57,547 bases of DNA from a virus, in the IMG/VR virus record IMGVR_UViG_3300045988_027578, one strand, 5' to 3'. Numbering within the stretch: position 1 is the stretch's first letter; each line of letters opens with the position of its first letter. Below, one piece after another: positions 35,498-44,431 of the stretch. A program made the position numbers and the translations under genes. The notes beneath the pieces were generated by a model. That model ran no database searches, was not told the origin of the DNA, and was given only the letters and a program-made list of their open reading frames with translations.

Positions 35498-35767
35498 ATG
35501 GATATAACATCAGTATCAACAGTAGTTGCAATCGTTGTAATAACATATCTGATAGGCTTAGGAGCTAAGGCAATTCCGCACATTAAAGATAATTTTATTC
35601 CTATAATCGTAGGTGTTGTAGGCGGTATCTTAGGTGTTATAGGTATGTATGTAATACCGGATTTTCCGGCAAATGACATTCTTAATGCAATCGCAGTAGG
35701 AATTGTGTCTGGATTGTCAAGTACAGGCGTAAATCAGATTTACAAGCAGGTAAAAAACAATGCTTGA
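35498..35767 (+). CDS. holin (clostridial phage holin type)
   Basis: ATG 35498 after AAGGAGG; 2-3 TM segments; ...KDNFIPIIVGVVGGILG...GVNQIYKQVKNN. Confidence 0.75.
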   Translation: MDITSVSTVVAIVVITYLIGLGAKAIPHIKDNFIPIIVGVVGGILGVIGMYVIPDFPANDILNAIAVGIVSGLSSTGVNQIYKQVKNNA

Positions 35768-36218
35768 CATTAATAAGCAAGCTATGAAGTATTCACTTCA
35801 AGGGCAGACTGTTACTATCTATGAAAGAGATGATGAGGGCAATATCCTCTATGAGGGATATACCGACACAGAGGGCAACTTCATTCCTTATCTTGATGAT
35901 GAGGGCAATAAGATACCTAAAGTCCTTGCAGAGAAAACAGGCTTTTCAGAGCCAGTCGATTTTAAAGCTAACATATCATTCAGCGGTGGAGAAGCACAGA
36001 GCAAGGAATACGGCTTTGATACCGCTGATTTTGACGCTATTTTACTGACAGATAGGAATGAGTTCCCTTTAAAAAAAGGCGACCTTATCTGGCTTGATAG
36101 CAAGCCTACATACACAGATGATAGCCTCGTTGATGAAACATCAGCGGACTTCACGATTGTAGGTACGAAACCAGCATTGTGCTCAACTAAATATATGCTT
36201 AAAGCAGTTGTAAAGTAG
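35760..36218 (+). CDS. head-tail joining / structural protein
   Basis: Position within the structural operon. Confidence 0.5.
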   Translation: MLDINKQAMKYSLQGQTVTIYERDDEGNILYEGYTDTEGNFIPYLDDEGNKIPKVLAEKTGFSEPVDFKANISFSGGEAQSKEYGFDTADFDAILLTDRNEFPLKKGDLIWLDSKPTYTDDSLVDETSADFTIVGTKPALCSTKYMLKAVVK

Positions 36219-36225
36219 GTGCATT

Positions 36226-36768
36226 ATGGCAAGACATACAATTAATATATCCCTGTCAGAAAAGTCTGTAAATGAAGCTATCAGACAGCTACAACAGTAT
36301 AAGAACTGGCTTATCAAAAAAACTTCACAGCTTGTCAAAGAACTTGCAGAAGTTGGGATACCTGTCATTGATGAAAATATGGCAAAAGCTAGCTATACAT
36401 ACGATGAGAAAGGTGTTCGTAGCGGTTCAGATACAAGCCATCACAGTTATGTTGAAATGAAATCCGCAGGAGAATATGTTGAAGCAAAATTAATTGTAGA
36501 GGGCAAAGAACTTATGTTTATAGAGTTCGGAGCTGGCGTTTTTTACAATGGAGCAGCTGGAAGTAGCAAGCACCCAAAGGGTGTTGTTAATGGTATGATT
36601 ATAGGATCATACGGCGAACATCACGGCGTACAAAAAGTGTGGGGTTACTATGACGATGACGGAAACTTAGTTCTTACACACGGCGTAGAAGCGCAAATGC
36701 CTGTTTATAAGGCTGATATGGAAATCATACAGAAATATGTTGAGGTAGCAAGGAGGGTGTTTGGTTAA
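36226..36768 (+). CDS. head-tail joining protein (HK97 gp10-like position)
   Basis: Position only. Confidence 0.45.
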   Translation: MARHTINISLSEKSVNEAIRQLQQYKNWLIKKTSQLVKELAEVGIPVIDENMAKASYTYDEKGVRSGSDTSHHSYVEMKSAGEYVEAKLIVEGKELMFIEFGAGVFYNGAAGSSKHPKGVVNGMIIGSYGEHHGVQKVWGYYDDDGNLVLTHGVEAQMPVYKADMEIIQKYVEVARRVFG

Positions 36769-37184
36769 TGGCAAATGCAAACGATTGGGCGACAGACCTT
36801 GAAAACACAGTCACAGCACTTGTTAAGGCTAAAACCTTGACACAACTTAAAAAGAAATATCCAAAGATAGTCATAACCAATGAGGGAGAAAACAGCGGTC
36901 AAGCAGTATTTCCAACGGTATACATCCATCTACTATCGCCAGCAGAGCAAGGGCAAACGCTTGACGGGCAGACAATTAACGCATTGTTAGCGACATTCCA
37001 AGTAGATGTCACAACTAACACAAGCAAGTCTGACTGTCGCAAGGTTATGGCGATAATTACAGATACATTCAAGACAATGAGATTTCAAGGCAACGCAATG
37101 CCAGAGTTCTCAATCAGCAATAAAGTACATAAGAGTGCCGCTAGATTTAGACGAATGATAGCGGCAAATGACAGATTGATGTAA
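36768..37184 (+). CDS. tail completion protein
   Basis: Position only; TAATG overlap. Confidence 0.45.
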   Translation: MANANDWATDLENTVTALVKAKTLTQLKKKYPKIVITNEGENSGQAVFPTVYIHLLSPAEQGQTLDGQTINALLATFQVDVTTNTSKSDCRKVMAIITDTFKTMRFQGNAMPEFSISNKVHKSAARFRRMIAANDRLM

Positions 37185-37186
37185 CA

Positions 37187-37212
37187 AAGAGCAGAAATGC
37201 TCTTATTTTTTT
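37187..37212 (+). terminator. rho-independent terminator
   Basis: AAGAGCA-GAAA-TGCTCTT followed by ATTTTTTT. Confidence 0.8.
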
Positions 37213-37239
37213 GCAAATTTTTAGGAGGTAAACAAGGCA

Positions 37240-37722
37240 ATGGCAAGTACAAGTTATAAAGCTAGGGTTATCTACAAGGAGCATAGCGAAGATGGTTTTG
37301 CAGGCTCATACAAGTTAATGGTTGCGGCTAAGTCGATTTCAGCACCAGTATCAGCACCTAACACAGTTGAAAGTACAACATTTGAAGATGATTCACAGAC
37401 ATTCTTAATGGGTATCAAAACATCTGACGCTAAGACTTACACAGGAAACCTTGAAAAGGCTTATTTGCAGGACTTAATCAAAGCAGAGGGTAAGCAGTTA
37501 GATATTATTCAGTTATATGGTTCTGACGGATTAGGCGCGGTTGCTAAGTACGCATTTGTGGGGCAGGTAACAGCAACGCCTAATGATGTTTCTGGTACTG
37601 ATTCGGTACTTGAAATGACAGTAACAGCAGTTCCTAACACTTCACCTATCGAATGCACAGACAAGCTTCAAGTTGTCGAGGGTGCTGGTGGCACATTCAC
37701 AGTAACAAAGGTGGGGGAATAA
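37240..37722 (+). CDS. major tail protein
   Basis: 160 aa with a strong RBS TAGGAGG, positioned upstream of the chaperones and the tape measure. Confidence 0.7.
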   Translation: MASTSYKARVIYKEHSEDGFAGSYKLMVAAKSISAPVSAPNTVESTTFEDDSQTFLMGIKTSDAKTYTGNLEKAYLQDLIKAEGKQLDIIQLYGSDGLGAVAKYAFVGQVTATPNDVSGTDSVLEMTVTAVPNTSPIECTDKLQVVEGAGGTFTVTKVGE

Positions 37723-37894
37723 TAAGCCAATCGACTAAATCAAAGGCTGTGTCGATTGGTGGTACAAACGCCAAAACAGCCGACTACACATCATATCTTG
37801 ATGATGTAACAGAATAATTATTTTAAAAGGTAGGTGCGGTGTAAAATCCGCACCTTTCCCTATATGGACGATAGGGTGGGAAAGGGTAAAAATT

Positions 37895-38383
37895 ATGATG
37901 AATATTAATGTAAACGGAAAAGAATACAAAGTTGAGTTCTCTTTTGGCGCGGCAGAGTGTAAAGAGATAGTGCAGAAAATGTTTTCTGTTGTTAATGGTT
38001 CTTACTTACTTGCACAGACAGATAAAAGTGTTGCACAGGCTTCTTTTGACGGATTAGCAAATATGACAGCAGATGTGCCAGAGATTTGCATTTTAGCCAT
38101 TTATGCAGGCTGCATTGACAATAACCCTGTAACAATGAATGAAGCAAAGGAACTCACTAGAGCATATATTACAGAGAAGAGAAAGACAGATAAGAGTTAT
38201 GGATATAGAACATTGTTTGAAGAAATCAAGAAAGCGATGGAAGATGATGGTTTTTTCGAGTTGAGCGGAATAACAGCGATGTTAGAGGAAATGGCGAACA
38301 ATGTGGAAGAAGCGACACAGGAGCAGAAGAAGCCGACAGTAGTACCACAAGACCACAAGAAAAAGCAGACTTCCACAAAATAA
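37895..38383 (+). CDS. tail assembly chaperone
   Basis: Position before the tape measure; acidic/basic C-terminus. Confidence 0.55.
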   Translation: MMNINVNGKEYKVEFSFGAAECKEIVQKMFSVVNGSYLLAQTDKSVAQASFDGLANMTADVPEICILAIYAGCIDNNPVTMNEAKELTRAYITEKRKTDKSYGYRTLFEEIKKAMEDDGFFELSGITAMLEEMANNVEEATQEQKKPTVVPQDHKKKQTSTK

Positions 38384-38445
38384 TTTGGGAAGAATACTTT
38401 GTCTTAGCTAGTTCACTAGGCGTTAGTTATTCGGACTTTTTAAAA

Positions 38446-38742
38446 ATGACACCTACAAAATTATTACTATATGCAAAAGGCAAAAAAATTGATAGACAAA
38501 ATCGAGACGCAGAAATGTATAACTGGTTTTTAGTTTATGCAATTCCAGCTATTTCTTGCGGAATAGGTGCAGCATTTAATAAAGATGTACACATTGAATA
38601 TCCTAAACAAGCTATTTTATCAGAAAAAACAGAAGAAAGTGAAGAAGATACATATGATAAGGAGTTACAGTTGATGTTACTCAATGAGCAAAAATGGGCG
38701 GCACAGACTGAAAAGAAAGGACTACCGCCAACAATCCTATAA
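38446..38742 (+). CDS. second tail chaperone-position protein
   Basis: Position only. Confidence 0.45.
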   Translation: MTPTKLLLYAKGKKIDRQNRDAEMYNWFLVYAIPAISCGIGAAFNKDVHIEYPKQAILSEKTEESEEDTYDKELQLMLLNEQKWAAQTEKKGLPPTIL

Positions 38743-38756
38743 AAGGGGGCTAAGGC

Positions 38757-40028
38757 GTGGAATTAGATTCATTAGAAGTCAAAATTACCGGTACTGCAAC
38801 TAAAGCTATCAATTCTGTTGATAAACTGATAAATCAGCTTACAAGGCTATCTACATCACTTGCGACTGTGAATGGCTCATCATTAAGCAACCTTGCAAAC
38901 GGCGTTAGTCAGTTAGGTTCTGCTATGCAGAATATGAACGCAGGAACAGCAGATTTTACAAGACTTGCCAAGAATATTACAAAGATAGGCTCTGTTGATT
39001 CAGCCGCACTTGCTAACACAGCTACATCACTTGAAGCCGTTACGAAAGCGGTTGCAAGCATATCAGCCATACCACAGAACGCAACACAGGTTACAGAATT
39101 TGCAAAGTCACTTGGCAAGCTAGGCAGTAAGAGTATAGAAAACGCCGTTGTAAACATTCCAAAGCTAGGCAATGCTTTAAATGGCTTAATGACAACGCTA
39201 TCAAGAGCGCCAACAGTAAGTCAGAATGTTATTCAAATGACTAATGCATTGGCTAATCTTGCTAGTCAAGGTAGCAAGGTGGGTACTTCTTCAAACTCAC
39301 TTCAAAAGTCGCTGTATGGCGTTTCTACAAGTGCTAGAACAGCAACTAGAAGTAGTTGGAACTTAGCAAGTGCAATAGGTAAGTTTTATGCCACTTATTT
39401 TATGGTAATTCGTGGCAGCAAGAAACTTATAGAAGCTATTAAGTCAACAACAGATTACATTGAAGCGTTCAACTATCAAGCGGTAGCGTTTGGTAAGATT
39501 GGTTCAGAATGGGATAAGGATTACGAAAAGTACGGATATGATAATGCTACGGCATACGCAGAAAGCTTTCAGAACAGAGTAAATGATACTCTTGGAAAGT
39601 TATCTGGACTAAAAGTTAATGTTCAAGGCGGTTTGCTTGAAGAAAGCGGAGCAAAGAACTTAGGACTTAATATACAAGAAGTAACACAGTATGCTTCACA
39701 GTTAGCTTCTGTTACTAATTCGTTAGGACAGACAGGCGAAGCAACAACGGCTATAACAAAGTCAATGACAATGCTTGCGGGCGATATAAGCTCACTTTTC
39801 AATGTGGACTATTCAACAGTAGCACAGAACTTACAAAGCGGTTTAATCGGACAATCGAGGGCATTGTACAAGTATGGTATTGATATTACCAATGCTACAT
39901 TAGCGACATATGCTTATAACTTAGGCATTTCTAAGTCTGTATCAGAAATGACACAAATGGAAAAACAGCAGTTAAGAGTGTTAGCAATATTAGACCAATC
40001 AAAAGTATCTTGGGGGGATTTAGCTAAT
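38757..40028 (+). CDS. tape measure protein, exon 1
   Basis: GTG start after AAGGGGG. TMP-like Ala/Ser/Thr-rich helices. Exon end proposed at T 40028 (...SWGDLAN). Confidence 0.75.
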
Positions 40029-40368
40029 AGACGGAAGAGAGTTAATGATATAGCTTGTCTTCCAAGTGTTGCATAAGAATGGAAACATCTTATGACAATC
40101 GGGCAAAATCGGTGAAGGCTAAGGCTATAAGCTATGCTAATACCGAGATAACTTAATAGATTACGAACAGGCTATTAAGTATTGTAACGAGTAGGAATTG
40201 AATAAATATAATATTCCCAAGAGTGTCCGACACTACTGCATATAGGGCAGTATGAGGTGGAAGTGGCTACCACCAAACCAAACGTAAAAACGTGGGTGAT
40301 AATGTACTCTGAACTTATAGGAAACTATAAGAAGTATAGGATAAAGAGCCTATACGATAACAAATTTG
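40029..40368 (+). ncRNA. putative ORF-less group I self-splicing intron
   Basis: 340 nt. Preceded by U and ending in G; removal restores the frame. Contains seven perfect 5-8 bp hairpins, including a GAAA tetraloop. Confidence 0.6.
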
Positions 40369-42423
40369 ACAATCAACTCCCCAAGTAACATGTTACGCCA
40401 GTTCAGCAACAATATGAAAGAAGTCGGAATGGTGGCAGGACAGCTGTTTATCCCAATTCTTTCAAAGGTTATGCCAGTTGTAAACGGCGTTACTATTGCA
40501 ATCAAGCGACTTCTAGTGAACCTTGCGAGCCTTATGGGTGTTAAGATTGACTTTGAGAGCTTCGGACAAAGCGGATACAAAGATACTTCTGACGGATTGG
40601 AAGATATTTCAGACGGATACCAAAATGTAGCGGATTCAGCAAAGAAAGCTACATTATCCCTTATGGGATTTGATGAAATCAATAAATTACAAGATGATAC
40701 AAGTTCAAGCAAGGGTTCAAGCGGTGGCGGCGGTAGCACTATTGATTTGACAGATGATATCGCTAAGGCGGCGGCTGATTATGAAGCGGCTTGGAATAAA
40801 GCGTTTGCCAATATGGAAAATTCGGCTGTTGCTTGGGCTGATAAGATAGAGAAAGCACTTGAACCTGTTAGGAAGATATTTAAAGACTTTGCAATCGGGG
40901 ATTTTTATGCAGCAGGACAAGACACATCTAACCTTGTGGCAGGAATTTTTAATTGGTTTGCAAAGGCTATAGATGATGTTCCTTGGTATACAATCGGACA
41001 TAATGTAGGAGAGTATTTAGCTGGACTTAATTGGGTTGAAATATTTTCAAGCCTTGGCAATGTGTTATGGCAAGCCATTAAAGCAGCTATCGAATTATGG
41101 AGCGGTTCATTTACGGCAGCACCAATTGAAACGACCTTAATAACGGCTATAGCGGCATTGAAATTTACAGGCTTAGGAAGCGTTTTGAAAAAGAAACTTG
41201 TTACAGTAATAGGAACAAGTATTAAAGGTGCTTTAAAATCATTCGGAACAGGCAGTATAATATCAGGAATAGGTGGATTACTTACAACAGATATAGGTAC
41301 TATTATAGGAGCAGGAACAGCAACAGAAATAGGCTTAACTATAGGTGCAGGAATAGTAGGCGGAATAGTAGCTGCTATTGCTGGATTTAATTTAGGTAAT
41401 TGGCTCAACGAAAAATTAACAGGCGAGAAAATAGATATGTCAATGTTTGACCAAATAGCATATCTTATAAAAGCACCATTTGAAGATTTACCTAGCTTTA
41501 TTGACGGAGTGATAGAAACTATCACATTTGGACATAAAGATGATATAGCAAATTGGTGGACTACAAGTGTTGCACCTTGGTTTACTAAAGAAAAATGGGG
41601 AGAACTGGGAGACAACATAAAAACATCTTTAAGCGAAAAATGGAACAGTTTTTCAGATTGGTGGGGCAATACAGCTATTGTTAGCTGGTGGAATAATAAT
41701 GTTGCACCGTGGTTTGAAAAAGAAACATGGGTTGACGCTGTTGATGGAATGAAATTAGGAATACAAGAAAAATGGGATTCAATCGTTGACTGGTGGAACA
41801 GTCTTGCAATTGTTTCTTGGTGGAGCAATGATGTGAGACCGTGGTTTACTAAGGAGAAATGGGAAAACTTAGCTGACGGAATTAAAAAAGGTATTCAAGG
41901 GAAGTGGGATGATGTTGTAGATTGGTGGGATAGCAAACCAGCACTTCAACGCATTTCTGTGGCTATCGAAGATTTTAAAGCTAAGATACAGAACGCTTGG
42001 AACAGCTTTAAGCAGTGGTGGAATGATTTAGGACTTGAATTTCCACACATTGATACACCACACTTTAAGATTGACGGAGAATTTAGTCTTGCACCACCTA
42101 AAGTGCCAAAAGTCAGTATTGATTGGTATGCAAACGGTGGCTTCCCAAACAAAGGACAGTTATTCGTTGCTAATGAAGTTGCACCCGAAATGGTTGGTAC
42201 TATGGACGGAAGAACAGCGGTAGCCAATCAGCAGGAAATCACAACAGGTATTGCTAATGCAGTTTATCCAGCGGTTTACAATGCGGTTGTAGCAGCTATG
42301 TCAGAAGCTAACAACAATGTAAACATAACATTACAAGGTGACGCAGATAAGCTGTTTACAATGGTGCAAGATAAAGCTAATAACTATACTAATATGACAG
42401 GGCAAGCAGCCTTTCCGTATTGA
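40369..42423 (+). CDS. tape measure protein, exon 2
   Basis: Begins TINSPSNMLRQFSNNMKEVG...QLFIPIL (TMP core motif). No RBS or ATG at the ORF start. Confidence 0.75.
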   Translation, partial: TINSPSNMLRQFSNNMKEVGMVAGQLFIPILSKVMPVVNGVTIAIKRLLVNLASLMGVKIDFESFGQSGYKDTSDGLEDISDGYQNVADSAKKATLSLMGFDEINKLQDDTSSSKGSSGGGGSTIDLTDDIAKAAADYEAAWNKAFANMENSAVAWADKIEKALEPVRKIFKDFAIGDFYAAGQDTSNLVAGIFNWFAKAIDDVPWYTIGHNVGEYLAGLNWVEIFSSLGNVLWQAIKAAIELWSGSFTAAPIETTLITAIAALKFTGLGSVLKKKLVTVIGTSIKGALKSFGTGSIISGIGGLLTTDIGTIIGAGTATEIGLTIGAGIVGGIVAAIAGFNLGNWLNEKLTGEKIDMSMFDQIAYLIKAPFEDLPSFIDGVIETITFGHKDDIANWWTTSVAPWFTKEKWGELGDNIKTSLSEKWNSFSDWWGNTAIVSWWNNNVAPWFEKETWVDAVDGMKLGIQEKWDSIVDWWNSLAIVSWWSNDVRPWFTKEKWENLADGIKKGIQGKWDDVVDWWDSKPALQRISVAIEDFKAKIQNAWNSFKQWWNDLGLEFPHIDTPHFKIDGEFSLAPPKVPKVSIDWYANGGFPNKGQLFVANEVAPEMVGTMDGRTAVANQQEITTGIANAVYPAVYNAVVAAMSEANNNVNITLQGDADKLFTMVQDKANNYTNMTGQAAFPY

Positions 42424-42483
42424 TAAGATAAAAGTATTGTGTTATCCTTTTACTATATATAAAAAGCAAAGGGGTAACGCAAT

Positions 42484-43116
42484 ATGGGAGATAAGAAACA
42501 GAAAAAGAAAGATAGTAAACTTAGCATAGTGGCAGCGGTTATGGCACTTTTCACTTTTACAATTCCAGTAGCACTTATATTAGCTATTGTGGATTTGATT
42601 AAAAGCAAAGGGAATAGATCACAAAGGCATTTAGGTTCTTATTTTGCAATTATATTTTCGATATTGATGTTAATAGTAGTAATTGACAGAAATGGAAATA
42701 ATAACAATGCAGACGGCATAAATGTTACTAAACAAGCCGCTACAACAGAACAGAACACAGATACAGTTACATATGATAATACAACGCTTAAATATCTTAA
42801 GCATGATGTAATTACAGATAGCAATGGCAGAGAAGTTCTTGCCGTTTATTTTGACTTTGCAAACAATTCAGAAGATAACACAGCCTTTGCATATAATTAT
42901 AATGTTACATGTTTTCAGAACGGCAAAGAACTTGACTATCCGTTAGTTAGTTTTGACATTGACGAATACAATAATATTGCAAGAGAATTACAGACAGGTA
43001 CAAATATTACAGTTGCAAGGATATATATACTAGAAGATAAAAGTAATGTTGATTTAGAAGTAACGCCACTGGGAGATAATAAAAAACTTATGAAATTAAC
43101 ATTAGAATTACAGTAG
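42484..43116 (+). CDS. membrane-anchored protein with a DUF4352/DUF5067-like beta domain (moron)
   Basis: Two N-terminal TM segments, then ...REVLAVYFDFANNSEDNTAF... Confidence 0.55.
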   Translation: MGDKKQKKKDSKLSIVAAVMALFTFTIPVALILAIVDLIKSKGNRSQRHLGSYFAIIFSILMLIVVIDRNGNNNNADGINVTKQAATTEQNTDTVTYDNTTLKYLKHDVITDSNGREVLAVYFDFANNSEDNTAFAYNYNVTCFQNGKELDYPLVSFDIDEYNNIARELQTGTNITVARIYILEDKSNVDLEVTPLGDNKKLMKLTLELQ

Positions 43117-43127
43117 AGGAAATATGC

Positions 43128-43472
43128 ATGTCAGTTAAAAAAGAACTAAACGAAATGCTAGAAGCAATAGGAGTGAAGAAGAAACAACAACCACAAATTC
43201 AACGCCCGCTAAATCCTAACTTTAAAGGAGTGTACAGAGCGACAGAAAACGGCTTAGTTGAAGTATATTGTCCAAGATGTAGGAGTTGGGACTGCTCTCA
43301 CACACAGATTACAACAACTGTACCGCAGAAAACTAAGACAAGATATACTGTTAATCTGAATCCTTTAAGACCGTTTACATTGGTTAATAAGAAAGAGAAG
43401 ATTAAGCAACAAGGTGGAACTTATTCACAGCATAGGTTTGTGTGTAACAGATGTGGGCTGATTTTTTGGTAA
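43128..43472 (+). CDS. zinc-ribbon protein (moron)
   Basis: CPRCRSWDC...CNRCG. Confidence 0.5.
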   Translation: MSVKKELNEMLEAIGVKKKQQPQIQRPLNPNFKGVYRATENGLVEVYCPRCRSWDCSHTQITTTVPQKTKTRYTVNLNPLRPFTLVNKKEKIKQQGGTYSQHRFVCNRCGLIFW

Positions 43473-43579
43473 ATAAAAGGCTGCCAGCCCGACAACTGAC
43501 AGCCAAAAGTCACAATACCGCTTAAACAAGCAGCACAGATATTATATAACACTAATTGAATTAATGCAATAGAAATATT

Positions 43580-43614
43580 AAGGAATGTATCAGAAATGGT
43601 GCATTCCTTTTTTG
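43580..43614 (+). terminator. rho-independent terminator
   Basis: AAGGAATG-14 nt-CATTCCTT followed by TTTT. Confidence 0.75.
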
Positions 43615-43637
43615 ATGCCTTGAAAGGGGTGGTTTGA

Positions 43638-44009
43638 TTGATTGACGCAGTTGTGATTGAGGGGGTTAGATTCCCAGTAGCATATAACGGCTACACATAC
43701 AGCAGAAATAAGATATGGTCTAAGAACACAGGAAGAAACGACTACGGAGAAATGGTTGGCACAATCGTGGATATCAAAGACAAAGTAGAGCTTCAATTAC
43801 CGCCATTAACAGGCGAACAGGCACTATTGCTTGATAATGTAGTAAGCGACATAGATAACCCATTCCCAACAGCACAAGTCCTATTCTTAGGTGGCACACA
43901 AAAGGAAATGACAATCTATACAGGAGATGTGACATATCCGTATCTCACAAGGGCAAAGAATGAGGACGGACTAATAGTCGGAGCAAAATTAAGTTTAATT
44001 CAGAAATAA
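43638..44009 (+). CDS. tail component (distal-tail position)
   Basis: TTG start after GGGGTGG; called on position. Confidence 0.45.
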   Translation: MIDAVVIEGVRFPVAYNGYTYSRNKIWSKNTGRNDYGEMVGTIVDIKDKVELQLPPLTGEQALLLDNVVSDIDNPFPTAQVLFLGGTQKEMTIYTGDVTYPYLTRAKNEDGLIVGAKLSLIQK

Positions 44010-44022
44010 AGGAGAGTTCCAC

Positions 44023-44406
44023 ATGAAACTTAAAACAAGTGAGTTAATAGACAGATTTCAGAGTTTGAGCAACATATCACATGACAAGACTACAGGCAGA
44101 ATTGCTATGGCTGTTATGTGCAATATCAAGGCATTAGAGGAATTGTACAAGACGACACTACAGACCATAGAAGATACTAAGGCTAAGTATGCAGACAAGG
44201 ACGACAGCGGTAATCCAGTTATCAACGATAATCAGTATCAGGTTACATCAGAAAACTTAAAAAAGTTACAGGAAGAATTGCAGGAAATCAATAAGCAAGA
44301 GATTGAAGTGCCTGACATGACAATGCTTCCTATGGACGCATTCGATAAATGCGAAGAAATTACACCAGCTAAATTATACTCAATCGAGTTTATGATATCA
44401 CATTAA
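44023..44406 (+). CDS. hypothetical tail-module protein
   Basis: RBS AAAGGAG. Confidence 0.5.
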   Translation: MKLKTSELIDRFQSLSNISHDKTTGRIAMAVMCNIKALEELYKTTLQTIEDTKAKYADKDDSGNPVINDNQYQVTSENLKKLQEELQEINKQEIEVPDMTMLPMDAFDKCEEITPAKLYSIEFMISH

Positions 44407-44431
44407 TTATAAGCAATAAAGGCGGTGTAGA

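Noticed and set aside
37895-38742. The canonical -1 programmed frameshift (G/GT) joining the two chaperone-position ORFs.
   Set aside because: The -1 frame is closed by TAG at 38425-38427, between the two ORFs. I also found no slippery heptamer near the end of 37895..38383.
40029-40368. The tape measure encoded as two independent proteins with a non-coding spacer.
   Set aside because: The second ORF has no ATG or RBS; the track start is a TTG inside the insert. The junction reconstitutes a contiguous TMP motif in frame. The spacer has U/G boundaries and dense secondary structure.
40905-41828. A 307-aa minus-strand ORF inside the tape-measure gene. The 32514..33020, 55402..55959 and 40350..40739 minus ORFs are similar cases.
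   Set aside because: These are antisense shadows of long, biased (coiled-coil or Gly/Ala/Ile-rich) plus-strand genes. They have Ser/Cys/Leu-rich nonsense composition and no RBS or promoter.
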